Shown here: in pieces, positions 18,832 through 28,192 of the stretch | Numbering within the stretch: the stretch's first letter is position 1 | How the letters are laid out: each line of letters starts with the position of its first letter | Virus record (IMG/VR): IMGVR_UViG_3300029826_000003 | Location: 1 to 54,805 of that record | Reading direction: 5' to 3' (one strand) | Source: a virus | Taxonomy: Duplodnaviria > Caudoviricetes | Length of the DNA: 54,805 nt | Notes under the pieces: model-generated | Seen by the model: only the letters and a program-made list of their open reading frames with translations | Told to the model about the DNA's origin: nothing | The model's database searches: none | Translations under genes and position numbers: made by a program

Positions 18832-20046
18832 ATGGCTAACGCAATTCTCACTACCGACCAGATCACGCGTGCTGCGGTTCGCATCTGGAAGAACACGAAC
18901 GCGTTCATTCAGCAGATGCCGACGCAGTACGACAACCAGTTCGCCGTCACCGGTGCCAAGATCGGCACCACGCTTCGCATTCGCCTGCCGAACGAATATA
19001 CCGTTCGCGACGGTCCGGCTGCGCAGGTGCAGGACACGGCGGAACAGCGTGTCGTGATGACTCTCGCCACGCAGAAGGGCGTGGACGTGTCGTTCTCGAC
19101 GCTGGAGCGCACGATGCAGCTGGACGATTATGTGGAGCGCATCCTTGCTCCCAAGATCGCCTTCCTGACTGCAAACGTCGCTCTCACCATCATGCAGGCC
19201 ACCGAAGGCGGGATCTGCAATATGGTGTCGAACGTCGATGGATCGGGCAACATTACCCATCCGACGCAGCAGACCGCGCTTCTCGCGCGCGCCAATCTGC
19301 TCAATAATTCGGCTCCTCCCGGACAGCGCAAGCTGGTCGCGGATCCGAATACGATGGCAAACATGGTCTCCACCCTTTCGGGCCTCTTCAACCCGGCCCC
19401 GGTGATCTCGCGCCAGTACATGGAAGGAACCATGTATGATGCGCTTGGCTTCCGGTGGTTCGAGGACCAGACCATCATCAAGCATACGACGGGAACGTTC
19501 TCGGCCGGAACGGTCAATGGAGCGGGCCAGACCGGGACCTCGACGCTCGTGGTGAACGCCATCACCGGGACCCTGAACAAGGGCGACATCATCACGATCG
19601 CGAACGTCAATGCCGTCAACCGTCTGACCCGTCAGACGCTCGGCACCGCCCGTCAGTTCGTGGTGACTTCCGATGTTGCGTCCGGCGCGACCTCGATTCC
19701 GATCTATCCGGCAATCGTGGCTCCGTCTGGCGGTTCCGATGTGCAGTATCAGACCGTGGATTCGTCTCCGGCAAACGGTGCGGCGATTTCGCTCTACAAC
19801 AAGGCGAGCGAAACCTACGTACGCAACGTGGCGTTCTCGCCGGATGCGTTCACCATGGCAACCGCCGATCTGGAATTGCCGGAAGGGGTCTGGGAGCGTT
19901 CTCGGGCCATGTACGACAATGTCTCGATGCGTTCCGTGGTTGCCTACAATCCCGGCACTGATCAGGCCATCGATCGTCTCGATGTCCTGTTCGGATTCCT
20001 CGCCGTCCGTCCCGAATTCGGCGTCATCGTTCCGGATTCGGTCTGA
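18832..20046 (+). CDS. major capsid protein (P22 gp5-like)
   Basis: MANAILT..ITR, KIGTTLRIRLP, RLDVLFG..AVRPE motifs. Confidence 0.93.
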   Translation: MANAILTTDQITRAAVRIWKNTNAFIQQMPTQYDNQFAVTGAKIGTTLRIRLPNEYTVRDGPAAQVQDTAEQRVVMTLATQKGVDVSFSTLERTMQLDDYVERILAPKIAFLTANVALTIMQATEGGICNMVSNVDGSGNITHPTQQTALLARANLLNNSAPPGQRKLVADPNTMANMVSTLSGLFNPAPVISRQYMEGTMYDALGFRWFEDQTIIKHTTGTFSAGTVNGAGQTGTSTLVVNAITGTLNKGDIITIANVNAVNRLTRQTLGTARQFVVTSDVASGATSIPIYPAIVAPSGGSDVQYQTVDSSPANGAAISLYNKASETYVRNVAFSPDAFTMATADLELPEGVWERSRAMYDNVSMRSVVAYNPGTDQAIDRLDVLFGFLAVRPEFGVIVPDSV

Positions 20047-20063
20047 CAGGTTCCATTAACGAT

Positions 20064-20090
20064 ACCGGGCGCTTGAATTGAGCGCCCGGT
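20064..20090 (+). terminator. strong hairpin after the capsid gene (no U-tract)
   Basis: accgggcgctt-gaatt-gagcgcccggt. Confidence 0.5.
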
Positions 20091-20110
20091 CAACCTCAAG
20101 GAGACATGAC

Positions 20111-20821
20111 TTGTCGCTTCCAGAACGTTTCACGCAGGATGATCTGTCACAGATTTCCGCATTTCTGGCCGAGCAGCGCCGCGCTTCTCAGCAAAAGCCG
20201 CTCAACGGCCTCATTCCGCCCGAGCATATCAGGGGGAACGATCCGAACTATCGCTACAAGTTCCGCGAATATCCGAAGGCGCTCACGCCGCCAGCGGAAC
20301 ATATTTCCGATGCTGATGCGGAGCGCCGGTTCCGGGTGAAGTACAACGATCGGCTTCCCTATCAGGGCGATGACGCACCGGCGATGATTGCCGAGTATTA
20401 TGCGCTTGCGACCTATCCGAAAAATATGACGCCGCCCCAGGTGATCGTGAATACGATCCAGGAGGAAGAGGCTGTCCTTGCGGGTTGGAACGCGACGATG
20501 CCGAAACGAAGCGATCGCATTACCTATCCGCGCTGGATGTTCCATGGAAGCAAGGAGCCGGTTCTCGTGTCCAATATCGGACAGGAACAGGCGCTCGGAG
20601 CGGATTGGTATCCGACTGCGGCCGAAGCCGTAAAATCAGTACGTGACGCCATGATTTCGACGCAGAAGGCCGACGAGAACGATGAACGCAGCATTCTTCT
20701 CGGCGAGATCGAAGCCCGTGGCGGGAAGGCAGACCGGCGCTGGAGCACAGACAGGCTTCGCGCCGAGCTCGACAATCTCGATCGCCGTAACGCGGCCGAT
20801 ACAGAGAGCGATGCGGCCTGA
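20111..20821 (+). CDS. hypothetical head-associated protein
   Basis: GGAG RBS before TTG; repeated YPK/YPR motifs. Confidence 0.65.
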   Translation: MSLPERFTQDDLSQISAFLAEQRRASQQKPLNGLIPPEHIRGNDPNYRYKFREYPKALTPPAEHISDADAERRFRVKYNDRLPYQGDDAPAMIAEYYALATYPKNMTPPQVIVNTIQEEEAVLAGWNATMPKRSDRITYPRWMFHGSKEPVLVSNIGQEQALGADWYPTAAEAVKSVRDAMISTQKADENDERSILLGEIEARGGKADRRWSTDRLRAELDNLDRRNAADTESDAA

Positions 20822-21537
20822 TGACGACGGCGCGTGACATCATCGAAATGGACCTCCGTGAAGCGGGGGTCATCGGCGTGGGCCAGACACCGAACGCCAT
20901 CGACATCAATGATAGCCTCACGCGCCTCAACGACATGCTTGCGCAGTGGCAGCGCAAGCGCTGGCTGATCTATCACCTGATCGATGTCTCTATTCCATGT
21001 ACCGGCGCGACGTCATACTCAATCGGAACGGGACAGACGATCGATACGCCGCGCCCTGACAGGCTCGAAGCTGCCTTCATCAGGCAAATCAGTCCGGGCG
21101 CCCAGAACCAGCCAGACTGGCCGCTTCAGATCGTCGAAAGCCGGGAACGCTACAACGATATCGTTCTGAAGCAGTTACAGTCATTTCCGAGGTTCGTCTT
21201 TTATGATGCCGGGTATCCGTATGGGTCGGTCTATGCATGGCCGGTTCCAACAAGCCTATACGAACTACATCTCACGCTGAAGGCACAGATCTCCAGTTTT
21301 CCGACACTGGAAACGGTTTTCGACATGCCGGCCGAATATGCGGAGGCCATACGCTACAATCTCAGGCTTCGGACATATGCGGCCTATCCCGGTCTTGATG
21401 TCAGCCCGATCATTCCCGGCCTTGCAAAAGCAGCGCTCGAGACGATCAAGAACGCCAATGCGCAAATCCCGACACTCAAGATGCCTGATGGTCTTGTCCA
21501 CGCCCGGCCGTACAACATCTTCAGCGACGGATATTGA
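20821..21537 (+). CDS. head-tail adaptor (P22 gp4-like)
   Basis: TARDII...GVIGVGQTP...LNDMLAQW; EYAEAIRYNL. Confidence 0.8.
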   Translation: MTTARDIIEMDLREAGVIGVGQTPNAIDINDSLTRLNDMLAQWQRKRWLIYHLIDVSIPCTGATSYSIGTGQTIDTPRPDRLEAAFIRQISPGAQNQPDWPLQIVESRERYNDIVLKQLQSFPRFVFYDAGYPYGSVYAWPVPTSLYELHLTLKAQISSFPTLETVFDMPAEYAEAIRYNLRLRTYAAYPGLDVSPIIPGLAKAALETIKNANAQIPTLKMPDGLVHARPYNIFSDGY

Positions 21538-21544
21538 GCTATAG

Positions 21545-23260
21545 ATGGGAACAGTTCCATTCCGCGTCCCGCTTCTCGGAGGTGCCTATCAGGCCCGTTC
21601 GCTCATTGCGTCGGCGCAACGCTCGGTCAACCTGTATCCGGAGCGTAACGCGCCCGAAGGGCAGCCACCGGTGCCAGTGACGCATTACCAGACCCCAGGA
21701 TTGCGCAAGGTTATGCAATCCGCGTCGGTCGAGCGTGTCCGCGCACTCTATCGAGCCACCAATGGCGATCTGTATTCCGTCGTGGGTCAGAAAGTTTATT
21801 ACGTCTCGAATACCTACGTCGAGACGGAGATAGGAACCATCGCAGCGGGGCCGAATCCGGTAGTGTTTACCGACAATGGGCTCTGCATAGTCATGGTTGA
21901 TGGATCGGCGACGGGATACGCCATCGACATGGCAACACGGTCATATGGAGCGATCACAGATCCCGCGTTCTATGGCGGTACCGGCGTCACATATCTCGAT
22001 ACGTATTTCGTGTTCAATCGGCCAGCCACGGCGCAATTCTATATCTCCCTGTCCAATGTGACCTACGATATGTTGACCGGCACCACTGGCCGCGTCCTCA
22101 CGTTAATCCTGACCACCGGCGGAAGCGGCTATGTCGATGGGACATATACGAACGTTCCATTGACCGGAGGAACGGGAACCGGTGCACAGGCGACATTCGT
22201 CGTCTCGGGCGGCATCATCACTTCGACCACGCTCACCGCAGCCGGATCGGGATACACGTTGAACGACACGTTCACGGTGAGCAACACTTATCTCGGAGGC
22301 ACAGGATCGGGTTACGCCGGATCGGCAGCATCCGTCGCTACTGCGTTCGATCCTCTGGACATCGCGGCAAAGAGCGGATCGGGAGACAATATCCAGACCG
22401 TGGCTTCGATCCATGGAGAGCTTTGGCTCATCGGGGAACTGACGTCGGAAATATGGTACAACAGCGGCGCGACCGATTTCACATTCCAGCGTGTGCAGGG
22501 CGCATTCATCGACCATGGCGACGCTGCTCCGTATTCGCTGGCACAGGCAGACATTTCACTGTTCTGGCTCTTGCAGGATCGGCAGGGCAACGGCGTCGTC
22601 GTTCGCACGAACGGATATCAGGTCAAGCGTATCTCCACCCATGCGATCGAGCAGGATATCCAGTCCTACGCCAAGATCAGCGATGCCATAGGCTACTGCC
22701 ACCAGATACAGGGCCACGCTTTCTACGTCCTGACATTCCCCGAAGCCGGGAAGACATGGGCATATGAGATAGCCACCGAACAATGGCACGAACGGGCGTC
22801 GCTGGGGCCAAACGGCGAACTCGATCGACACCGCGGCAATTCCTATGCATTCGCTTACGGATACGAACATGTGGGCGACTATCAGAACGGGTCATTGTAC
22901 GTTTACGACCAATCGTTCCATTACGACGGTGACGTTCCGATACCTCGAATTCGCTCCTTTCCGCATCTCCTCGCCGAAGGCGACAGGGTCGAATATCTCC
23001 GCTTCATAGCCGATATGGAGGTCGGTCAGCCCAGCGATGACAATGATCCGAAGATCTCCCTCAGGTGGTCCGATACGCGTGGCGCGACATATGGCAATCC
23101 GGTCATTCAGGAACTGGGTGATCCGGGCCAGTTTCAGACTTCTATCCAGTGGCGCAGACTCGGCATGGCACGCGATCGTGTATTCGAGATTTCGTGGTCT
23201 TCACCTGTGACCACGGCGCTCAATGGCGCTTTCGTTGAAGTAATGAGAGTCGGCTCTTGA
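21545..23260 (+). CDS. tail hub / packaged-DNA stabilisation protein (P22 gp10-like)
   Basis: SVNLYPE, GHAFYVLTFP, LRWSDTRG, WRRLGMARDRVFE. Confidence 0.85.
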   Translation: MGTVPFRVPLLGGAYQARSLIASAQRSVNLYPERNAPEGQPPVPVTHYQTPGLRKVMQSASVERVRALYRATNGDLYSVVGQKVYYVSNTYVETEIGTIAAGPNPVVFTDNGLCIVMVDGSATGYAIDMATRSYGAITDPAFYGGTGVTYLDTYFVFNRPATAQFYISLSNVTYDMLTGTTGRVLTLILTTGGSGYVDGTYTNVPLTGGTGTGAQATFVVSGGIITSTTLTAAGSGYTLNDTFTVSNTYLGGTGSGYAGSAASVATAFDPLDIAAKSGSGDNIQTVASIHGELWLIGELTSEIWYNSGATDFTFQRVQGAFIDHGDAAPYSLAQADISLFWLLQDRQGNGVVVRTNGYQVKRISTHAIEQDIQSYAKISDAIGYCHQIQGHAFYVLTFPEAGKTWAYEIATEQWHERASLGPNGELDRHRGNSYAFAYGYEHVGDYQNGSLYVYDQSFHYDGDVPIPRIRSFPHLLAEGDRVEYLRFIADMEVGQPSDDNDPKISLRWSDTRGATYGNPVIQELGDPGQFQTSIQWRRLGMARDRVFEISWSSPVTTALNGAFVEVMRVGS

Positions 23261-23736
23261 CACTTCCGCCAAAAGTGATCGTTCCGCAATCCGGGGAGAA
23301 GGTCGTCAACGAAGACGGAACGCCGACGCAGATCCTGACGCGGTTCTTCAATGCTCTTGTCGGGGGTCAATCCGATCTCTCGAATACGCATTACCTCTAC
23401 GACAACGTAGATGCCAATCTGACGGCGGGATATACCGATACGGCGGTCGATGACGGAACATGGTCAAGCGGAACCTACACCCCGTCGCCGGCCGGGGCCA
23501 ACATCAGGACCGTTACGAACAATGGAGCCCATACTCTCGCGGCTCCCGTGGCGAGCAATTCGTTCACCATGGCGGTTCTCTATACCAATGGAGCTAGTGC
23601 GGGGACAATCACGGACTCCGGGTTCACGTTCTTTGACGGAGACCTCTTTGATACCACGAGCGGACATCAATTCCTCGTATCGATCGTCAAGATCGGTTCC
23701 GTTATTTACGGCAATGTGAAGGCTCTCCAGCTTTGA
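23257..23736 (+). CDS. tail accessory protein (gp26/needle position)
   Basis: Coupled to the gp10-like gene; T/G-rich. Confidence 0.55.
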   Translation: MTLPPKVIVPQSGEKVVNEDGTPTQILTRFFNALVGGQSDLSNTHYLYDNVDANLTAGYTDTAVDDGTWSSGTYTPSPAGANIRTVTNNGAHTLAAPVASNSFTMAVLYTNGASAGTITDSGFTFFDGDLFDTTSGHQFLVSIVKIGSVIYGNVKALQL

Positions 23737-24551
23737 CGTTTCCGATGCCGCAATTGCCGATATGGGGAACTGACAAGTCGTTCTATGGCGATATCGTTTC
23801 GCTCGGTCTTGGACCTACACTGAAGCTCTGCCTCGACGCCGGATGCAGCCGAAGTTACATCGGATCAGGACAGAATTTCGCCAATCTTGTTCCAAGCGGC
23901 GGTGCCAATTTCACGAGAGGATCCGGAGGCGGGACAGGGCCTGACGATCCGACATTCCATGGCACACCGAATGCGGAAACATCGAACGAATATTTTTCGG
24001 TCAACGGATCGCAGTTTTTCACGATAAGCGGGTCGAATCCGTCGTGGATCAACGCATTGCACAAGAACAATGCGACGGCGACATACGTGATGTGGATGCA
24101 GATGGGTTACAACGACCTGTCGAATCCGCACAACTTCATGGGCGACGCAAATCTTGCATTCGCGAATGTCGGGATTACGCACTACATCATCGGCAACGGC
24201 CTACGGTTCACGATGTCGCATGGATCGAGTCCGGTGCAAATTCTCGCAACGGTTACCACCGTTCCGTTCGGATCATGGTTCATGTACTCCTGTTCCCATG
24301 ACGAGGCAGGCGGTGCAGGTGCGAGCTTCCTCCAGATCAATGACGGGGCACCGGTGACGTTCGATGGGGCCTATACGAGCCCTAGTTCATCGTCGGCGAC
24401 TTACCGGTTTCAGATACTTGCGGGAGGAAACGACGGAACGCCGACCGTCAGTGGATCACAAGTAGCACGTGTTGCGATATGGAACAGCGCGCTTTCGCAG
24501 ACCGACATTGCGGCGGTATTCAACAAGACGCGCGGGATTTACGGTGTTTAA
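23733..24551 (+). CDS. LamG/concanavalin A-like tail-tip protein
   Basis: LKLCLDAG...VAIWNSALSQTDIAAVFN...YGV. Confidence 0.7.
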   Translation: MTFPMPQLPIWGTDKSFYGDIVSLGLGPTLKLCLDAGCSRSYIGSGQNFANLVPSGGANFTRGSGGGTGPDDPTFHGTPNAETSNEYFSVNGSQFFTISGSNPSWINALHKNNATATYVMWMQMGYNDLSNPHNFMGDANLAFANVGITHYIIGNGLRFTMSHGSSPVQILATVTTVPFGSWFMYSCSHDEAGGAGASFLQINDGAPVTFDGAYTSPSSSSATYRFQILAGGNDGTPTVSGSQVARVAIWNSALSQTDIAAVFNKTRGIYGV

Positions 24552-24557
24552 GGAAAG

Positions 24558-25115
24558 ATGAAATATTTCCAGCAGCTTGCAGCCGGCATGAATGTCGCTC
24601 CAATGATGAATGCGATCATGCGGAGCCCGGAATTGTGGAATGCCAATCCGATCAGGACCAGGCATCCCGGGACAGCGCATTCGGAAGTGAGCGACATCTT
24701 GCTGCGCTTCAACGACGTGTCGGAATTCGAGCGAACCGGCGATCCGACGACGATCACGGACGACAAGGAGTGCATCGCATATCCGGCATGGGAAAAGCTG
24801 CCGCAGGTCAGACCGATCATTTTCGATCTTATGCGGACCGTGGAAGCGACCAGGCTCGGTCGCGTCATCATCACGAAATTGCCTATGGGCAAGACCATCG
24901 CGCCGCATGTCGATGGCGGAGCGCCAGCAACGTACTACGAACGATACCAGATAGCGCTTCAATCTCTGCCCGGCGCATTGTTCCATATCGGCGACGAGAC
25001 CGTCAATTTCAGGACTGGCGATGTGTGGTGGATCGATAATTCGGTCGAACATAGCGTCGTCAATAATGCGGCAGACGACAGAGTGGTGATGGTCGTAGAT
25101 TTGAGGTGCATGTAA
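24558..25115 (+). CDS. aspartyl/asparaginyl beta-hydroxylase family 2OG-Fe(II) dioxygenase
   Basis: IAPHVD (HxD)...WWIDNSVEHSVVN...DRVVMVVD. Confidence 0.85.
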   Translation: MKYFQQLAAGMNVAPMMNAIMRSPELWNANPIRTRHPGTAHSEVSDILLRFNDVSEFERTGDPTTITDDKECIAYPAWEKLPQVRPIIFDLMRTVEATRLGRVIITKLPMGKTIAPHVDGGAPATYYERYQIALQSLPGALFHIGDETVNFRTGDVWWIDNSVEHSVVNNAADDRVVMVVDLRCM

Positions 25116-25612
25116 TGCTGACCGTCCAGATCGAAGATGTAACTCCCGCGATTATCGAGGAAATGCGACCGTTATTTCCGGAGCATTACGACGAGCTTGC
25201 AGAACACAAGATCGCTGGAATCCCGCTCGATCCGCAATACGAGATATATCTCGCGAGGGCACAGATGGGACAAACGCTTCTGGTCACGCTTCGGGAGGCC
25301 GGAAAGCTGGTCGGGTATCTCGTATCGTTCGTCGCGCCGGGACTGCACTACCGGTCGTGCCTGACCGCAACGGGCGACATCTTCTTCGTCTACCCCGACA
25401 AGCGTGGTCTTGCGGGCGGCGTCATGCTTTTCGAGGGATGGATCAAGGAATGCCAGCGGCGCGGCGTCGATCTCGCACAGATCGGGCTCAAGTCTCGCCA
25501 TGTCAAATATGCGCGTCCGCTTCTCGAGGCGATCGGCTTCGTGGAGACCGAAATCATGTTCTGGAAATTTCTGGAGAAGGCATCTCGCCCTGATATGGAG
25601 GGTAAGCCATGA
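25115..25612 (+). CDS. GNAT acetyltransferase-fold protein
   Basis: LVGY...DIFFVYPDKRG...LLEAIGF. Confidence 0.8.
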   Translation: MLTVQIEDVTPAIIEEMRPLFPEHYDELAEHKIAGIPLDPQYEIYLARAQMGQTLLVTLREAGKLVGYLVSFVAPGLHYRSCLTATGDIFFVYPDKRGLAGGVMLFEGWIKECQRRGVDLAQIGLKSRHVKYARPLLEAIGFVETEIMFWKFLEKASRPDMEGKP

Positions 25613-26346
25613 ATGTTTTCGAGCCTGAGGATTTTTTTGAGCAACATATGATTTGCAGCGTCGCCACAGCAGTCATAGGGAGCGCCGTCGTCGGAGCGGG
25701 AGCGTCGCTTGCCGGGTCATCCATGCAGGCCAATGCCACGAAGCAGGCCTCGGCCCAACAGATGGCGATGTATCAGCAGACCCGCAAGGACCTGCTACCA
25801 TACAATCAGGCCGGTCAGTACGCGACGAACATGCTGACCGGACAGTTGGCGGATCTCACTTCTCCGATCAAGATGGATCAGGCTACGCTGGAGCAGACCC
25901 CTGGATATCAGTTCAATCTGAATCAGGGTCTGAAAAGCGTACAGAATTCGGCAGCGGCGCGAGGTCTTGGAACATCCGGGGCAGCACTCAAAGGTGCGGC
26001 GTCCTATGCCACTGGTCTCGCCGATTCTACCTATCAGCAGCAGTTCGCCAATGAACTAGCGAGCAGGCAGAATACGTACAACATGCTGACCGGAGTATCG
26101 CAGCTCGGCGAAAATGCTGCGGCCCAGACCGGAGCATATGGAACACAGACCGCACAATCGATCGGCTCCAATACGATTCAGGGAGCCAATGCCTCGGCTG
26201 CGGGCCTGATGGGCGCAGCAAACTCCTTGAGCGGCGGCCTGAATTCGTATCTCACCTATAACATGCTCATGGGTGGCGGCCTCTATGGATCCTCATCCGG
26301 GTTCTCGCCGACTACTTCCTATGGTTCATTGATCGGGGCTCTCTGA
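25609..26346 (+). CDS. DNA ejection protein (P22 gp7-like)
   Basis: Hydrophobic A/G-rich N-terminus; PGYQF..NQG...SAAARG..SGAALK. Confidence 0.8.
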   Translation: MNVFEPEDFFEQHMICSVATAVIGSAVVGAGASLAGSSMQANATKQASAQQMAMYQQTRKDLLPYNQAGQYATNMLTGQLADLTSPIKMDQATLEQTPGYQFNLNQGLKSVQNSAAARGLGTSGAALKGAASYATGLADSTYQQQFANELASRQNTYNMLTGVSQLGENAAAQTGAYGTQTAQSIGSNTIQGANASAAGLMGAANSLSGGLNSYLTYNMLMGGGLYGSSSGFSPTTSYGSLIGAL

Positions 26347-27728
26347 TGCCTGACGGTACCGTCGATACTTCCATTTACAGGAACCCGCAGCAGAACAATG
26401 CGCTGCAAACGTTCGGCTCCGCTGTAGATCTTGCAAACGGACTGATCCAGAATCGCATTCTTCAGGCCAAGAAGTCTGTCGGCAATGCGATCATGGGATC
26501 CATCGATCCGGCAACAGGGCTTCCGCAGGTCAGCAAGATCATGCGCGCCAATCAGGATCCGTATGCGGCGGCCGATCTCGCCAATTTCACGATTGATCAG
26601 GCGCAGAAACAAACCAGTCTGGCGGCGGGACAACTCGACAAGTTTTATTCGGGACTTGGCCCCATGGCTACGGGGGGGCCTGTTTCCTATACGGATTTCG
26701 CCTCTTATGCCGGTGACATGCTCAAGATGGGCATGATCAATCCGACCGAGTACCAGACTCTCGTTCGCGGCGCTCCTACAGACCCACAGAGGCTCAAGTC
26801 TTATGTTCAGGGTCTCTATACCCGTGGGATTTCGCCGGAAACCCTCATGCAGCCGCAGGAAATGGGTGTTGTCCCCGCAGGCCAGCCGAATGCGGGAGCA
26901 CCTATTCGTGGAACGGCCATGCAAGGGCTTCAAAAGGCCACAGGAACGGCTCCCGTCGCACCGGTGCAAAGTGGAGGCGCTTTGCCGTCTGCCGCTCCTG
27001 CTAACGCTGTGGGGCAAACGCAGGCCGATCAGCAGCCGCAGCAGGTCGCCGATAGCGGAGGCTATATTTCCGGGCTTGCTCCGGGGCAGTCCGAGGCCAT
27101 GACTGCATCGAACGTATTTTCGGCCAAGCAAGGCAACGATCTTCAGGCGCAGGCCGATCTCGTTCCGTCGCGCAAGACCATGCTGAACGAAATGCTTGCG
27201 AGTTCCGAAAAGTTTACCGGTGGCCCGATGTCTGAACGCATTGCCTATCTCAAGAAGATGGGAAATGAACTCGGCATCACGAATATCGATCTGGAAGGCG
27301 TTGCGGCTCAGGAGCAGTTCGCAAAGCTGGCCAAGCAGATCGCCCTTGCACAGACCCAGGCCCTTGGCGCTTCGACGGATGAGAAGCTGCTTACTTCTCT
27401 CGGGGCAAACCCGAATACGAGCCTGTCAAATCTCGGCAATCGGCAGATCATTCATCTGCTTCTCGGAAATGAAGATGCGATCACCGCGAAGAACATGGCG
27501 TGGCAGCCGTACAAGGCACAGAACGGAGAGGGCAGCTATGGGCAGTTCTCGACGGAATTCAACAAGAATTTCGACCCGAGAGCGTTTCAGGCCGCTTATA
27601 TGGATCCGAAGGAGCGCGCCGATCTGGTGAGCAATCTCAAGACGCCCGCTGCCAAGGCAAAGTTCGCTAAGACGCTGAGGCTTGGGATAAGCCTTGGTCT
27701 GATCCAGATGCCGGGAGCACAGCAATGA
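26346..27728 (+). CDS. DNA ejection protein (gp20 position)
   Basis: Q/A-rich; follows the gp7-like gene. Confidence 0.7.
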   Translation: MPDGTVDTSIYRNPQQNNALQTFGSAVDLANGLIQNRILQAKKSVGNAIMGSIDPATGLPQVSKIMRANQDPYAAADLANFTIDQAQKQTSLAAGQLDKFYSGLGPMATGGPVSYTDFASYAGDMLKMGMINPTEYQTLVRGAPTDPQRLKSYVQGLYTRGISPETLMQPQEMGVVPAGQPNAGAPIRGTAMQGLQKATGTAPVAPVQSGGALPSAAPANAVGQTQADQQPQQVADSGGYISGLAPGQSEAMTASNVFSAKQGNDLQAQADLVPSRKTMLNEMLASSEKFTGGPMSERIAYLKKMGNELGITNIDLEGVAAQEQFAKLAKQIALAQTQALGASTDEKLLTSLGANPNTSLSNLGNRQIIHLLLGNEDAITAKNMAWQPYKAQNGEGSYGQFSTEFNKNFDPRAFQAAYMDPKERADLVSNLKTPAAKAKFAKTLRLGISLGLIQMPGAQQ

Positions 27729-28192
27729 ATTCGCTTATGGGCGGTCGCCCCATGCCCGGGCCTGACATGCAGCCCTCGCAGGAAAACATGTTGCAGCAGA
27801 CCGGAAGCGTTCCGCAACAGGAGCAGCCGAATCTTTCGGACGTTCAGGACATGATGGTCAAGCAATCTCACCTTGACGCGATGATGAGGGAACTTCTCCA
27901 GACAGAAGGTGGTCCATCGCGAAAGGACGTGGTCAATGCTGCGGTGCAAGTGATCGATTCCGGCATCATGTCTCCCGTTACCATGGCCCAGATGCTTTCC
28001 GACCTTCCCGAGGACAAGCTCGATATTCGCAAGTGGCTGACGACGCACGCCACGGCGATCGAGCAGGGAATGAATGCTGGAGCGATGTGGCTCTATGGAA
28101 AGGGACAGGATCAGTCCATGCAGGAGCCGACAGAACAGATGCAGGTAGCGCAGGAAGCAAATGCGCCAGCGAATACGCTGACGGGGCGATAA
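27725..28192 (+). CDS. hypothetical internal virion protein
   Basis: M/Q-rich ORF within the ejection cluster. Confidence 0.6.
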   Translation: MNSLMGGRPMPGPDMQPSQENMLQQTGSVPQQEQPNLSDVQDMMVKQSHLDAMMRELLQTEGGPSRKDVVNAAVQVIDSGIMSPVTMAQMLSDLPEDKLDIRKWLTTHATAIEQGMNAGAMWLYGKGQDQSMQEPTEQMQVAQEANAPANTLTGR

